The notes: generated by a model not told the origin, from the sequence alone. 64,000 nucleotides of DNA from Verrucomicrobiaceae bacterium (GCA_051252135.1 JBPOGH010000016.1:41282-105281); one strand, 5' to 3'. Counted from the stretch's first letter, positions 41,851 to 52,589 are shown. A program made the numbers and translations.

Positions 41851-41864
41851 CTCTTCAAATCCAC

Positions 41865-42278
41865 TCAAAGGAATTTCGAAATGAAATCGATCGGATTGAT
41901 CGGTTTAGGTTGGTAACCAGCAGTTGCGAGCGGAGCGAAGTGACGGTCTTGGGTCACAATGTAATCTGCTCCAGCAGTGATCGCACAGTCAGTGAAAATG
42001 TTGTCGTCGGGGTCATCGTTAATCACTTGGAAGCGATATTGAGGAGTTACCCTTACGGTCGCCCCTACTGTAAGTTCAACGTAATCCATCAGCCTCGCAA
42101 ACTTTTGCCAGTGCTCACGCCCGCTCATCCGTGCGATGACCTCTTCGTATTCTAGGAGAATCGGCGTGGACACCGCCAAGGTCAGCTTTCCCGCAACCCA
42201 AGCATCTAAAATCGGAAAGAATTCGTGACCCGCAGCCCGCGCTTGAACGAGGACATTCGTGTCCAAACAAACGATCAT
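41865..42278 (-). CDS. PIN-domain toxin
   Basis: LDTNVL, ILLEYEEV, DPDDNIFTDCA, IVTQDRHF. Confidence 0.88.
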   Translation of the reverse strand: MIVCLDTNVLVQARAAGHEFFPILDAWVAGKLTLAVSTPILLEYEEVIARMSGREHWQKFARLMDYVELTVGATVRVTPQYRFQVINDDPDDNIFTDCAITAGADYIVTQDRHFAPLATAGYQPKPINPIDFISKFL

Positions 42279-42505
42279 GCCTGACGCAGCTGACTCCGAA
42301 CCTCCGAGATGATTTCAGGAAGACGATCCAGCTTCCCACTGGTCCGCTCACTCTCAGCTTCCGCCGAGATCTCCCTCCACAGCCGATCTTTTTCAGCATG
42401 GAGTAGAACCTGATTCACCAGCTGAAGCTCCTCCTCCGACATCACTTCGATGCGCTTGATGAGATCCGGCTTCAAAGCGGATGTGCTGGGAAAGACAGTT
42501 GCCAT
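42275..42505 (-). CDS. Putative antitoxin
   Basis: 76-aa gene overlapping the PIN gene start (ATGA). Confidence 0.65.
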   Translation of the reverse strand: MATVFPSTSALKPDLIKRIEVMSEEELQLVNQVLLHAEKDRLWREISAEAESERTSGKLDRLPEIISEVRSQLRQA

Positions 42506-42695
42506 AACAGGAGAATAATCTCACGAGAACGGCGCTGTCGCAAGGGGCAATGTTTGAGCACCTGACTTAGCAGAGCGTCGATCAGTGAGCGAAAAAGGTG
42601 CCTACTGTGAGATCCAGAGCGTCGTGAGCCTACCAGTTCACAGAGTGGAATCCACTTACCGAGATCAGCTTTCAACAGAACACCCGAAACAAACA

Positions 42696-43613
42696 CTACT
42701 TCGGCGGTGCTGGAACCTTCCACACCTCATCCTCCAACCGCCGCTCAAAACGAAACGGCTCTTCCGCACTCACATCCACCGTGATCTGCACCGGCGGAAA
42801 ATTGGGCTCAAGCCGATCAACCTGCACCCGCGTAACATTCCGCGCGTCCTCCCAGGGATGATCAACTGTCCACGTGTGACCATCGGCGTGCAAAAACAAT
42901 ACCGGCTTCTCAAAGCCCGCCGCGAGTTTCACAAAAGACTTCGTAAACGGAGTGAACAACGCATTGACCACCACCTTCACTCTCCCCTGACCAACCGGAT
43001 TCGCTTGCGCGCAAACAATCGCCGCGCGGACCTCTTTTTGATGCTTCGCAAACTGAGCCTCAATCCAGGCATTGTTCTCCCCAAAACGCCGCGCCCATTC
43101 CCCCGGATCATGAACCCGACCGCCCGGAAGATTGATCCCGATCACCAACACCCCATTCGCTACAAAGGCAAAGTTCTCCGGGCGTTCCTGCTGACGCTCG
43201 GTCACCCAGCCCGCCTGAAAATTCTTCTCCAACCCTAACAAATGCTCACTCCACAAGGCCCAACCCACCTCCGGGTCCGGCCGATCGTTCCACTCGTTGT
43301 CACCCGGCACGATGTAGGACGGAATCGTATTCCCCTTCGTAAATAGGTCCTTGATGTCAGTGTAAGTCTTCCCGGTAAGGCTCCCGTCACGCCCCGACTG
43401 GCCCGTGCAAATATCGCCAAGATGAATCAGAAACTGCGAGGTCCCGTCCCGATTCTCCTGCCCCACGTAATACTGCGCCGCTCTCAAATCAGCCGGCGAA
43501 TAAGGACCGCACCCCATCGCCGAGAACACCAAGGGCGCCACCTTCTCCTCCGCGAGAACCGCATGGGGCAAGCCGCTGACAAACAGCGCAACGAAGAGGC
43601 GAGCGGAGATCAT
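42696..43613 (-). CDS. Secreted calcineurin-like metallophosphoesterase
   Basis: HLGDI, PGDNEWND, HADGH; signal peptide. Confidence 0.75.
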   Translation of the reverse strand: MISARLFVALFVSGLPHAVLAEEKVAPLVFSAMGCGPYSPADLRAAQYYVGQENRDGTSQFLIHLGDICTGQSGRDGSLTGKTYTDIKDLFTKGNTIPSYIVPGDNEWNDRPDPEVGWALWSEHLLGLEKNFQAGWVTERQQERPENFAFVANGVLVIGINLPGGRVHDPGEWARRFGENNAWIEAQFAKHQKEVRAAIVCAQANPVGQGRVKVVVNALFTPFTKSFVKLAAGFEKPVLFLHADGHTWTVDHPWEDARNVTRVQVDRLEPNFPPVQITVDVSAEEPFRFERRLEDEVWKVPAPPK

Positions 43614-43639
43614 CTTAAAATTGGCAAAACCAGAGCTCC

Positions 43640-44899
43640 TCACTTCCCGATGCAATAAACCGTCGAGAACGACCGCGCAAAAATCTGCCCCTGGATCGGA
43701 GCCAGCGTCGAACGAAACATTTCCGACTTCTCCGCCCCCAGAGAGTTGTTCGACACAATCTCCATCTCCTTCCCCGGCTTGATCACCAAAACCCCTCCTC
43801 CATAAACATTCTGCAAAAGAACATGCCCCTTCACCACCAGAGGCGCCGAAGCAAACTCCCCCTTCACTCCCAGCTTCTCCTCCCAGTAAATCTCACCCGT
43901 CTTCGCATCGTAACAACTCGCCTTCCCCGACATCGACACCACGATCACATAACCATCCACCACCGCCGGCGATGGCAAATCCCGTCCCGCCTTCCGCTTC
44001 GTATGCCAGACCATGTGCGACTTCGTCACCTCGCCCTTCCCCCCCGGTTTCACCGCATAAGTGTCACCCGGCTTCCCGCTCACCACATGCAGAAGCCCAT
44101 CCGCAAAATCCGGAACCGGCGACCCCCGCCCGTTGAAGGCCTTGCAAAACCACAACTCCTTGCCCGTCTTCGGATCGTAGCCACGCACTCCCAACTCCCC
44201 GTTCAAAACCAACTCCTTGCGACCGTCGGTCTCAATCACAATCGGCGTGCTCCACCCTCCCCGGGGTTTCGCTTCCCGCTCCGTCGTCCAAACCGGCTCG
44301 CCCGTCTGAAGATCAAAAGCCACCAACGAAGACGCCCCCTCCGCATCGCAATTCTGAATCACCAGTCCATCCACAATAATCGGTGAGGCCGCCACCCCCC
44401 AAGGACCGGGAAAGGTCCCCAATTCCCGCGACCACATCTCCTTCCCTTCAAGATCAAAGCAATGCAGCCCGCCTGGGCCAAAAAACGCCACCACCCGCTC
44501 GCCGTCCGTCGCACACGTCGGCGTCGCAAAACTATTCATCTTGTGTGGATTCTCCGGAGCGGCACACCCGATCGTCTTCTCCCACCGCACCTTGCCATTC
44601 TTGCGATCCAGACAGAACACATAGCGCTCCTTGCCATCCTCCGAAGCACTCGTCAGAAAAAGCCGATCCCCCCAGTTCACCGGAGACGATTGCCCCTCTC
44701 CCTTCAGCTGTGTTTTCCAAACCACAGAGCCCGCATCCCACGTCATCGGCACATCCTCCGCCGTCGAATGCCCCCGCCCCGTCGGCCCCCGGAACTGCGC
44801 CCAGTTGTCCTCCGCCTGCAAAACGGAAATCCCCGGCAACACCGCCAAGGCGGAAACAACAAAACGAACGAAACAGGCGCGACTAAAGATTCTCTTCAT
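43640..44899 (-). CDS. PQQ-binding-like beta-propeller protein
   Basis: WAQFRGP, SSPV, AASPII, WSTPIV. Confidence 0.88.
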   Translation of the reverse strand: MKRIFSRACFVRFVVSALAVLPGISVLQAEDNWAQFRGPTGRGHSTAEDVPMTWDAGSVVWKTQLKGEGQSSPVNWGDRLFLTSASEDGKERYVFCLDRKNGKVRWEKTIGCAAPENPHKMNSFATPTCATDGERVVAFFGPGGLHCFDLEGKEMWSRELGTFPGPWGVAASPIIVDGLVIQNCDAEGASSLVAFDLQTGEPVWTTEREAKPRGGWSTPIVIETDGRKELVLNGELGVRGYDPKTGKELWFCKAFNGRGSPVPDFADGLLHVVSGKPGDTYAVKPGGKGEVTKSHMVWHTKRKAGRDLPSPAVVDGYVIVVSMSGKASCYDAKTGEIYWEEKLGVKGEFASAPLVVKGHVLLQNVYGGGVLVIKPGKEMEIVSNNSLGAEKSEMFRSTLAPIQGQIFARSFSTVYCIGK

Positions 44900-44993
44900 G
44901 GATCCGGATGAAATATCTACGCACTCTGCACAGCTTGCATGTCATCAATAAAGGCAATTCGCGTCACCATCCCCCGGCGATGTCGGTAGGGCC

Positions 44994-45950
44994 CTACTTC
45001 CGGTGCCAGACATCCCCCTCTTCGAGAATCGCGTCCGGCTTTTTCCCATCAAGCCACTCCCGTGCCGGTTGACTCTCCTTCAGATACGCTTCCCAAAATG
45101 CCGTGCTCAAAGCCAGGATCACCCGATGATGGTTCGGATTTCGCTGTTCCTTGCCCGAAATCGTCCGATCGGAAAAAGCCATATGCTCCGCGTCTTTCAA
45201 AACGAGCTCATACTTCGACCCCGCCGGAAGCGCAGGGTAAACCAGCTGTCTCGTCTCGGGAGTCGCACTGCTCAAATGCCCCTCATCCTTCGTCCCCGTC
45301 ATCAGCATCATCGGCATCTGAATCCCTCCGAATGCCTTCTTCGCATCGCCCATTCTCGGAATACTCGGACTCAACGCAAGACCCGCATCGATTCGCTCAT
45401 CCGCAAAACGCGCCCCGGCCACCCCATACCTTTGACCACAAAGAGCCTGCGTCGTCTTCGCCCCAAACGAATGCCCGCCAATCCCGACTTTTTCCAAATT
45501 CATCCGACCGTGAAGAAAGTGCGCCTTGTCCACCGCCCACGTTTCCAACTGATCAAGAGTCGCGGACACATCACCATTCCGGTCAACAAACGAACTCCCG
45601 TTTGCCGCCTTCGCCATTGCCTTCATCCGCTGCGCCGGGGGCACCTCCTTCCAAACAGCCTCGTCACTGCCCGCATGCTGCATCGCCACCACCACAAATC
45701 CCCGCCCCGCCCAATGATTCCCAAGATAAGTCCCCACCTCACGCGAACCACCCAGACCGTGACTCAACAAAATCACCGGACCTGATTTCTCCTGCGGAAG
45801 ATAAACCTTAAGCGGAACCTCCCGCCCCTCACCATAAACAAATGAAGTCAGCTTCGTCTCCACCTTCCCCTTGCGAACCCCCGGGTCGTAAGACCTCTCC
45901 TGCGCATGAAGAACAACACTAACCACCAGAAAAAGAACAAGGATCCTCAT
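44994..45950 (-). CDS. Secreted alpha/beta hydrolase
   Basis: SHGLGG, GHSFGA, TGTKD, HMAF. Confidence 0.85.
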   Translation of the reverse strand: MRILVLFLVVSVVLHAQERSYDPGVRKGKVETKLTSFVYGEGREVPLKVYLPQEKSGPVILLSHGLGGSREVGTYLGNHWAGRGFVVVAMQHAGSDEAVWKEVPPAQRMKAMAKAANGSSFVDRNGDVSATLDQLETWAVDKAHFLHGRMNLEKVGIGGHSFGAKTTQALCGQRYGVAGARFADERIDAGLALSPSIPRMGDAKKAFGGIQMPMMLMTGTKDEGHLSSATPETRQLVYPALPAGSKYELVLKDAEHMAFSDRTISGKEQRNPNHHRVILALSTAFWEAYLKESQPAREWLDGKKPDAILEEGDVWHRK

Positions 45951-46065
45951 AAGGAATCCAACTCAACCCCAACCCAAAAGTTGCGAAAGAACTTGGTCAT
46001 CCCTTCATGGAAATCCCTTCTCTCACAAACCTTGATCTGCATTCCCCACAGGTCACAATCCCCAA

Positions 46066-47763
46066 ATGCCGACCTCCTTTCCCGACTACCGTGTCCCGCA
46101 ACCCGATCTCGCCGGGACAACCACGCGATACGCCGACTTCCACTCCCGCCTCACTGCCGCAACCTCCGCGTCTGATTGCTTGGCCATCGTCGCCGATTGG
46201 GACACCCTGCTCTGCCAGTTCAAGGAGTGGAGCTCCCTCACTTACATCCGCTTTCAACAGGACACGCGGAACATGGACTACAAGGCCGCCATGGATGAAC
46301 TCGATGCCATCGCGCCAAAATACGCCGACCTCGAAACGAAGCTCAAACAAGCCCTCCTCGACTCCCCCTTCCGCAGCGACTTGGAAACCACCCTCACCCC
46401 GATGCTCTTCGCCAAGTGGGACTGCGACACCAAGAGCTTCGCCCCCGCCATCGAGGACGACATGGCCGCCGAGGCCAAACTCCAATCCGCCCACACGGCC
46501 CTCACCGCCGGTGCCGAAATTGAATTCCAGGGAGAGAAGTTCACCATCTCAGAACTCGATAAATTCGCCGACGACGCCGACCGCGAAGCCCGCGAGGGAG
46601 CCTGCCGCGCCAACTCCCAATGGTTCTCCGACAACGCCCCCGAGCTCGATCGCCTCTACCACGAACAGGTCAAACTCCGTCACACCATGGCGGGGAAACT
46701 CGGCTACCGCAACTTCACCGAGCTCGGCTACCAGCGCATGTCCCGCATCGGCTACGGCCCCAAAGAAGTCGCCACCTTCCGAAATGAAATCCGCGACAAG
46801 GTCGTCCCCATCGCTCTGGAGATCGCGGAAAAACAACGCACCACTCTCGGCGTCGATCAGCTCAAGTTCTGGGACCACGGCGCCCACTCGGCCAACGGAA
46901 ACCCCAAGCCCTTGGGCGGCCACGACTGGATGGTCGACCGCGCCACCGAAATGTTCAACGAGATGGGACACGGACTCGACTCATTCTTTGATGAGATGAA
47001 AGCCCGCGACGCCATGGACCTGAAATCGCGGAAAGGCAAAGCCGGAGGCGGATTCTGCGACTTCCTCCACCAATACGAATTCCCCTTCATCTTCTCAAAC
47101 TTCAACGGCACCCGCGGCGATGTCGACGTCTTCACCCACGAGATCGGCCACGCCTTCCAAAGCTACAACAGCCGGAACCAACCAATGAGCGACATCGTCT
47201 GGCCCACCACCGAGGCCTGCGAAATTCACTCGATGGCCCTCGAGTTCCTCACCTGGCCGCACATGGAGAAATTCTACGGCGAGACCGCCGCCGAAGAACT
47301 TCGCCGCATCCATCTCAGCACCTATTTTCACTTCCTTTGCTACGGCGTCTCCATCGACCACTTCCAGCACCTCGTCTACGAAAAACCCGACGCCACTCCG
47401 GAAGAACGCAATGCCATGTGGCAGGAAATCGAAAAAACCTACCTCCCCTGGTGGGACTTCGCCGACCTCCCCGCCGAACGCAGCGGTCGCCTGTGGCAAC
47501 AAAAAGCCCACATCTACCAAAGCCCTTTCTACTACATCGACTACTGCCTCGCCCTCACCGGCGCCCTTCAATTCTGGTCAAAATCCCAAACCGATCCCGA
47601 AGGCACCCTCAAAACCTACACCGAGCTCTGCACCCTCGGCGGTAGCAAACCCTACACCGGCCTCCTCGAGTCCGCCGGCCTCCGCTCGCCCTTCGAACCG
47701 GGCTGCCTCGATCAAGTCATTCAAGACGCAAAGAACTACCTCGATTCCAGCCAAGTTCGGTAG
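46066..47763 (+). CDS. M3-family oligoendopeptidase (PepF-like)
   Basis: HEIGHAFQ, EIHSMALE, HIYQSPFYYIDY. Confidence 0.92.
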   Translation: MPTSFPDYRVPQPDLAGTTTRYADFHSRLTAATSASDCLAIVADWDTLLCQFKEWSSLTYIRFQQDTRNMDYKAAMDELDAIAPKYADLETKLKQALLDSPFRSDLETTLTPMLFAKWDCDTKSFAPAIEDDMAAEAKLQSAHTALTAGAEIEFQGEKFTISELDKFADDADREAREGACRANSQWFSDNAPELDRLYHEQVKLRHTMAGKLGYRNFTELGYQRMSRIGYGPKEVATFRNEIRDKVVPIALEIAEKQRTTLGVDQLKFWDHGAHSANGNPKPLGGHDWMVDRATEMFNEMGHGLDSFFDEMKARDAMDLKSRKGKAGGGFCDFLHQYEFPFIFSNFNGTRGDVDVFTHEIGHAFQSYNSRNQPMSDIVWPTTEACEIHSMALEFLTWPHMEKFYGETAAEELRRIHLSTYFHFLCYGVSIDHFQHLVYEKPDATPEERNAMWQEIEKTYLPWWDFADLPAERSGRLWQQKAHIYQSPFYYIDYCLALTGALQFWSKSQTDPEGTLKTYTELCTLGGSKPYTGLLESAGLRSPFEPGCLDQVIQDAKNYLDSSQVR

Positions 47764-47764
47764 C

Positions 47765-48676
47765 TCACCGCGTCAGCTCCACAATCCGCTCATACAGCGC
47801 CGCCATCTTCGGCACCTTCGCTCCCGCCGCCTCCGCCCGCCTCAACGGTTCACCCCAGATCGCTTCCACCTCCACTGGCTTGCCGTCCACAAAATCAATC
47901 ATACTCGACGGACGATAAGGCCCCATCGGATACGTCCGCTGCATCTGCACTTCTTCGTAATCCGCCTCCACCGGATACCCCAGCGCATTGGCCGCCGCGA
48001 TCACTTCCGCCATCAACTCCCGCACCATCGCTTCCCCGCCCTCCTGCGCCAGCAGGGCCTTCGTATCAATCCCGCCCTCCGTGATACACAACCCGTTAAA
48101 CGGCACGTTCCACACCAACTTCCGCCACTGCGACTCCCCCAGATCAGCCGACACCGCACACCGCACCTTCGCCTCCTCAAATAGCGCCGCCAATTCCTCC
48201 AGCTCCGGAGTCACCCCCGGCACCGCACACCCCATCTCGATCGGACCACCACCCGAGTGACTGATCAGCCCTGCTCCCAGCCGGTTGATACACACAAAAC
48301 ACAACGCCCCCATCACCCGCTCCGCTCCAAAAATCTCACTCAACCGCTCCGTATTCCCCAAGCCATTCTGCATCGTCAGCACGATCGATTTCTCATGCAG
48401 CATCGGCGCGATCACGTCCTCGTAATGCTCATTCGACGTCGTCTTCCAGCACACCATCACCACATCCACCTCCCCAATCTCCTCCGGCGTCCGCCCACAC
48501 AAAACCTGCGGTAAAAAAATGTCCCCGTGGATACTCTCCACCTTCAACCCATTGTGCTTCACCTCGTCGTAATCCGACCGCAGCAAAAAACGCACCTCGT
48601 TCCCGGCCTCCGCCAAACGCGCACCGTAATAACTCCCCAATGCCCCGGCCCCAACAATCGCAAACGACTTCATCAC
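47765..48676 (-). CDS. panE: 2-dehydropantoate 2-reductase family
   Basis: GAGALG, QNGLG, WRKLVWNVPFN, SSMID, EVEAI. Confidence 0.85.
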   Translation of the reverse strand: MMKSFAIVGAGALGSYYGARLAEAGNEVRFLLRSDYDEVKHNGLKVESIHGDIFLPQVLCGRTPEEIGEVDVVMVCWKTTSNEHYEDVIAPMLHEKSIVLTMQNGLGNTERLSEIFGAERVMGALCFVCINRLGAGLISHSGGGPIEMGCAVPGVTPELEELAALFEEAKVRCAVSADLGESQWRKLVWNVPFNGLCITEGGIDTKALLAQEGGEAMVRELMAEVIAAANALGYPVEADYEEVQMQRTYPMGPYRPSSMIDFVDGKPVEVEAIWGEPLRRAEAAGAKVPKMAALYERIVELTR

Positions 48677-49581
48677 TTAAACTCCTTCGCCACCTTCACC
48701 GCCGTCGCAATCGTATTGCGATGAATCTTCGCCGTGTATTCCTGCTGCCGGTTGTATCCGCCGCCGTATAGAATCGCCACCGGAATCCGGTTCCGCCGAA
48801 ACGCCCGCAGGATCACCTCGTCACGACGCATAAAATCCTTCAGATCGAGCAACATCAGCCCCAACCGGTCATTGCGATGATTGTCCGCACCCGACACCCA
48901 GATCACCAGGTCCGGTGAAAAAACATCCAGCGCCGCCGCCAAGGTCGTAAAGAGCTGCTTCAAATACATATCCCCCTCAACGTATCTCACCGTCTCCACA
49001 TCCATCGAGCCCGCCGCCTCCACCGAGGAATACCGCCGCCCCACATGAATCGAATACGTAAACACGTTCGGATCATCCGCCAAAATATTGCTCGTCCCGT
49101 TCCCCTGCTGCGCATCCGTATCCACCACCATCACCTTGATCCCCGGATTCGTCACCTGCAGGTCACGGATCGCGATCGCCACATCATTGAACACACAATA
49201 ACTCTCCCCGTGATCCTTGAACGCATGGTGCGTCCCGCCCGCAAGCACCGCCGCCACTCCGTCCTGCAGCGCCGCATAACACGCCTGCCGCGTCGCCTCC
49301 GCCTCCGTCGCCGCCTTCGTGTAAAGCTTCGGCGTCACCGGCAACCCAAGCTGAATCTGCTCCTTCCGGTCCAACTGCCCGTTGTAAATCTTCGCCAGAT
49401 AATCGGTATCATGCACCCGCCGCAACACATGCGCATCCGCCGCCCGCACCTCCGTCACGTCCTCACCCCTCAACACCCCGCTATCAATCAGCATCTTGCG
49501 GGACACCTCAAATTTCTCCATCGGCAGAGGATGCCCATCGGGAAGGTTGAGGTAGAAATCTGGTGAGTAAAAACAACGCAT
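48673..49581 (-). CDS. Histone deacetylase family protein
   Basis: GGTHHA, CVFND, DTDAQQGNG, GAD...DRLG, GGGY. Confidence 0.88.
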   Translation of the reverse strand: MRCFYSPDFYLNLPDGHPLPMEKFEVSRKMLIDSGVLRGEDVTEVRAADAHVLRRVHDTDYLAKIYNGQLDRKEQIQLGLPVTPKLYTKAATEAEATRQACYAALQDGVAAVLAGGTHHAFKDHGESYCVFNDVAIAIRDLQVTNPGIKVMVVDTDAQQGNGTSNILADDPNVFTYSIHVGRRYSSVEAAGSMDVETVRYVEGDMYLKQLFTTLAAALDVFSPDLVIWVSGADNHRNDRLGLMLLDLKDFMRRDEVILRAFRRNRIPVAILYGGGYNRQQEYTAKIHRNTIATAVKVAKEFK

Positions 49582-49673
49582 TCGACTTGGCCCTTACTCT
49601 CATCCCTCGCAGGGATCGCGGCAAGCACAGATGTGACTGGAAAACCTCCCGTTCCTTGTCTAGTTTTCGCCAG

Positions 49674-50471
49674 TTGCCTCCACACCCCGTCATCCTGATC
49701 CTCTGCATTCTGGCCTCTTCGCTCTTCGCGCAAGACGGGCCTAGGGTCACCGTCGTCCCCGCTCCCCCCAATCCCTACCAATACCAAAAGACGGTCTACC
49801 CATGGAAAAAGTTCATCACCGCCACCGTCTTCTGGGTCGGGGAAAAACCCACCCCCAACAACCCCACCCCCAACAACAAATCCTCCTGGGACACCGAGTG
49901 GCAAGCCAACTTCGGCGGCTTCGATGACCCCAACAACCGCACCGGCTACCTCCCCAAAGGCTTCATCCCCAAGCTCAACCCCTTCTACATCGCCCTCCCC
50001 TACAACGACTGCATCAACCACGCAGCCCACAAACCGGAGGCCTCCCGCGTCATCCCCTGGTTCTCCCGATACCGGCCCGATCCCGGCGACTCGGTCTGCA
50101 AAGGACGCTGGCTTCAAATCATCGCCAACAACCGCGTCTGCTACGCCCAATGGGAGGACTGCGGCCCCTTCACCACCGATGACCACTCCTACGTCTTCGG
50201 CAACGCCAACCCCAAAACCACCCAAAACGACAACGCCGGCATCGACATCTCTCCCGCCGTCCGCGACTTCCTCGGCGTCGGAAACAAGGTCAAGGTCCAC
50301 TGGCGCTTCATCGAGTTCTCCCAGGTCCCACGCGGACCCTGGTCCCTCTACGGCACCAACAATCCCTTCGTCAACCCCAAGGCCGACCCCGACTTCATGG
50401 CCCGCATCCGCTACCACGAGCACCTCATCAAGCTCCGCGACCAGGCCTACAAAAGGCAACTCTCCCAATAA
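49674..50471 (+). CDS. Secreted protein, possibly double-psi beta-barrel/RlpA-like (start uncertain)
   Basis: ATVFWVGE, PFYIALPYND, AQWEDCGP, GIDISPAV. Confidence 0.65.
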   Translation: MPPHPVILILCILASSLFAQDGPRVTVVPAPPNPYQYQKTVYPWKKFITATVFWVGEKPTPNNPTPNNKSSWDTEWQANFGGFDDPNNRTGYLPKGFIPKLNPFYIALPYNDCINHAAHKPEASRVIPWFSRYRPDPGDSVCKGRWLQIIANNRVCYAQWEDCGPFTTDDHSYVFGNANPKTTQNDNAGIDISPAVRDFLGVGNKVKVHWRFIEFSQVPRGPWSLYGTNNPFVNPKADPDFMARIRYHEHLIKLRDQAYKRQLSQ

Positions 50472-50474
50472 AAA

Positions 50475-52466
50475 ATGAACCTCCTCCGGTCAGCGGCGAT
50501 CATTCTCTCCCTCAACGGGCCTCTGACTGCTACCGCACAAGACCACATCCTCTTCATCCGCGGCGGCTCCGGCACCGTCGGGTTCTTCGAAGGCGGAGCC
50601 GACGAACAAGGCGCCTCGATTGACAACTTCATCGACGACCAAACAAACCACGGCTGGGGCGAGCTCGCCACCGCCCTCGAAGCCGAAGGCTTCCTCCTCA
50701 CCGAGATCAGCGAGGACACCCCCTCCCCCAAATCACCCGTCCCCCTCGACACCCTCCCCCTCTCCGACTACGCCCTCATCGTCTTCGGCTCCAATAACGC
50801 CGTCTACACCACCGCCCAAATCAACGCCTTCACCGCCTACATCCAACAAGGCGGCGCCGCCCTCTTCATCGCCGATGCCAACTTCGGCTCCAACTGGTCG
50901 GACGCCAGCAGCTCCGACACCCAATTCCTCGCCCCCTTCGGCATCGAATCCAATCAGGACCAAGGCACCTACCAGGTCCGCCGCGCCGACTCCGACTTCC
51001 TCCTCCCCAACCACCCCGTCTTCACCGGCGTCTCCAGCTTCGATGGCGAGGGCGTCTCCCCCGGACTCCTCAACCCCTCCCTCGCCACCCTCACCGGAGT
51101 CACCCGCACCATCCTCGCCCGCGTCCCCTCCGGCAAATCCCTCACCCGCAATCCCTCCCCCCTCTTCAGCGGAAATCGCGGCCCTTCCCAAACAGCCACC
51201 TCCAGCGACGGCACCCTCATCACCGCCTCCTACGGCTCCGGAAAAATCGCCCTCCACTTCGACCGCAACACCTTCTTCAACCTCGGCGGCGCCGGAACCA
51301 ACATCAACCGCTTCCAAAACGAACGCTACGCCCGAAACCTCTTCAACTGGCTCGCCGGAAAACCCGACTTCAACCCCGCCACCGACAACGCCCCGCCCCG
51401 CGCCCACCTCCAAAACCTCGCCCCCGAAATCGCCCTCACCGCCAACGGCTCCCTCAACCTCACCGCCAAAGCCTCCGATCCCGACGGCTCCATCACCTCG
51501 GTCCAACTCCTCGTCGACGGCCAACCCATCGCCACCGACTCCACCTCCCCCTACCAATTCACCCTCCCCAACCCCGGCTTCGGAACCCGCACCCTCACCC
51601 TCCGCACCACAGACAACGACGGAGCCACCACCGACAACCAACGCACCCTCCTCCTCACCGACCCCGGCAACCTCCCCTCCCCCCTCGACCGCTCCAACTG
51701 GACCCTCACCAGCTCCGTCAACAACGGCAGCGAACTCGCCAACGCCATCGATGGCAACCTCTCCTCCCGCTGGCCCTCCCGCCAATTCCAAACCCCCGGC
51801 CAAACCCTCAACATCGACCTCTCACAACCCCAACTCTTCCAAACCATCGTCCTCGAGACCCCCGCCAACCCAAACGACTACCCCCGCGGATACCTCCTCA
51901 GCGGATCAAATGACGGCACCACCTTCACCCAACTCGCCGTCGATCCCTCCACCCCCAACAACGCCACCACCACCATCACCCTCGACCGGCCCCGCCACTT
52001 CCGCTTCCTCCGCATCGAACAAACCGGCTCCTCCTCAAACCGCTGGTGGTCCATCCACGAACTCAACATCCTCTCCCCCGCCCCCGGTGACCCCCTCCCC
52101 CTCGCCTCCTGGCAGGAACTCCACAACATCTCCGATCTCTCCATCGACCCGGACCTCGACGGCCAAAACAACCTCCTCGAGTTCGCCTTCCACACCGACC
52201 CCCACGATAAATCATCCGCCCACCGGCCCGCCTTCCACCAATCCGCAGGCAGCCTCACCTTCTCCCACCGCCGCTGGACCGGAAACAACGGAGTCGATTA
52301 CCTCATCCAGACCAGCCCCGATCTCACCACCTGGACCCCCGCCACCACCACCCCGCTCGGCACCCCCACCCCACTCGGCAACGGGGCCGAACTCGCCACC
52401 TTCCAAATCTCCCCGCCCCCCGGCTCCACCCCCTTCTTTGTTCGCCTTCGGGCGACCATCCCCTAA
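50475..52466 (+). CDS. Secreted multidomain protein: GATase1-like + Ig-like + discoidin (F5/8C) domains
   Basis: ASDPDGSITSV...DNDGAT Ig-like repeat; AIDGNLSSRW...DYPRGY...WWSIHE discoidin. Confidence 0.8.
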   Translation: MNLLRSAAIILSLNGPLTATAQDHILFIRGGSGTVGFFEGGADEQGASIDNFIDDQTNHGWGELATALEAEGFLLTEISEDTPSPKSPVPLDTLPLSDYALIVFGSNNAVYTTAQINAFTAYIQQGGAALFIADANFGSNWSDASSSDTQFLAPFGIESNQDQGTYQVRRADSDFLLPNHPVFTGVSSFDGEGVSPGLLNPSLATLTGVTRTILARVPSGKSLTRNPSPLFSGNRGPSQTATSSDGTLITASYGSGKIALHFDRNTFFNLGGAGTNINRFQNERYARNLFNWLAGKPDFNPATDNAPPRAHLQNLAPEIALTANGSLNLTAKASDPDGSITSVQLLVDGQPIATDSTSPYQFTLPNPGFGTRTLTLRTTDNDGATTDNQRTLLLTDPGNLPSPLDRSNWTLTSSVNNGSELANAIDGNLSSRWPSRQFQTPGQTLNIDLSQPQLFQTIVLETPANPNDYPRGYLLSGSNDGTTFTQLAVDPSTPNNATTTITLDRPRHFRFLRIEQTGSSSNRWWSIHELNILSPAPGDPLPLASWQELHNISDLSIDPDLDGQNNLLEFAFHTDPHDKSSAHRPAFHQSAGSLTFSHRRWTGNNGVDYLIQTSPDLTTWTPATTTPLGTPTPLGNGAELATFQISPPPGSTPFFVRLRATIP

Positions 52467-52493
52467 GCCCCCCGCTGCCTCACTGACTCCTCT

Positions 52494-52528
52494 CAAAAGA
52501 AAGGGCCGGTCATTACGACCGGCCCTTT
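52494..52528 (-). terminator. Rho-independent terminator with the longer U-tract on the minus strand
   Basis: 12-bp perfect stem AAAGGGCCGGTC-ATTAC-GACCGGCCCTTT; minus strand ends CCCTTTCTTTT. Confidence 0.8.
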
Positions 52529-52579
52529 CCACACACATATGTTGAAACAAACAACAAGCAAAGCTCGGCCGTTTCTCCG
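52494..52579 (-). ncRNA. Candidate small RNA of about 85 nt
   Basis: Lies between a sigma-54 motif and a same-strand terminator; no credible ORF. Confidence 0.5.
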
Positions 52580-52589
52580 AATAGTCAAA

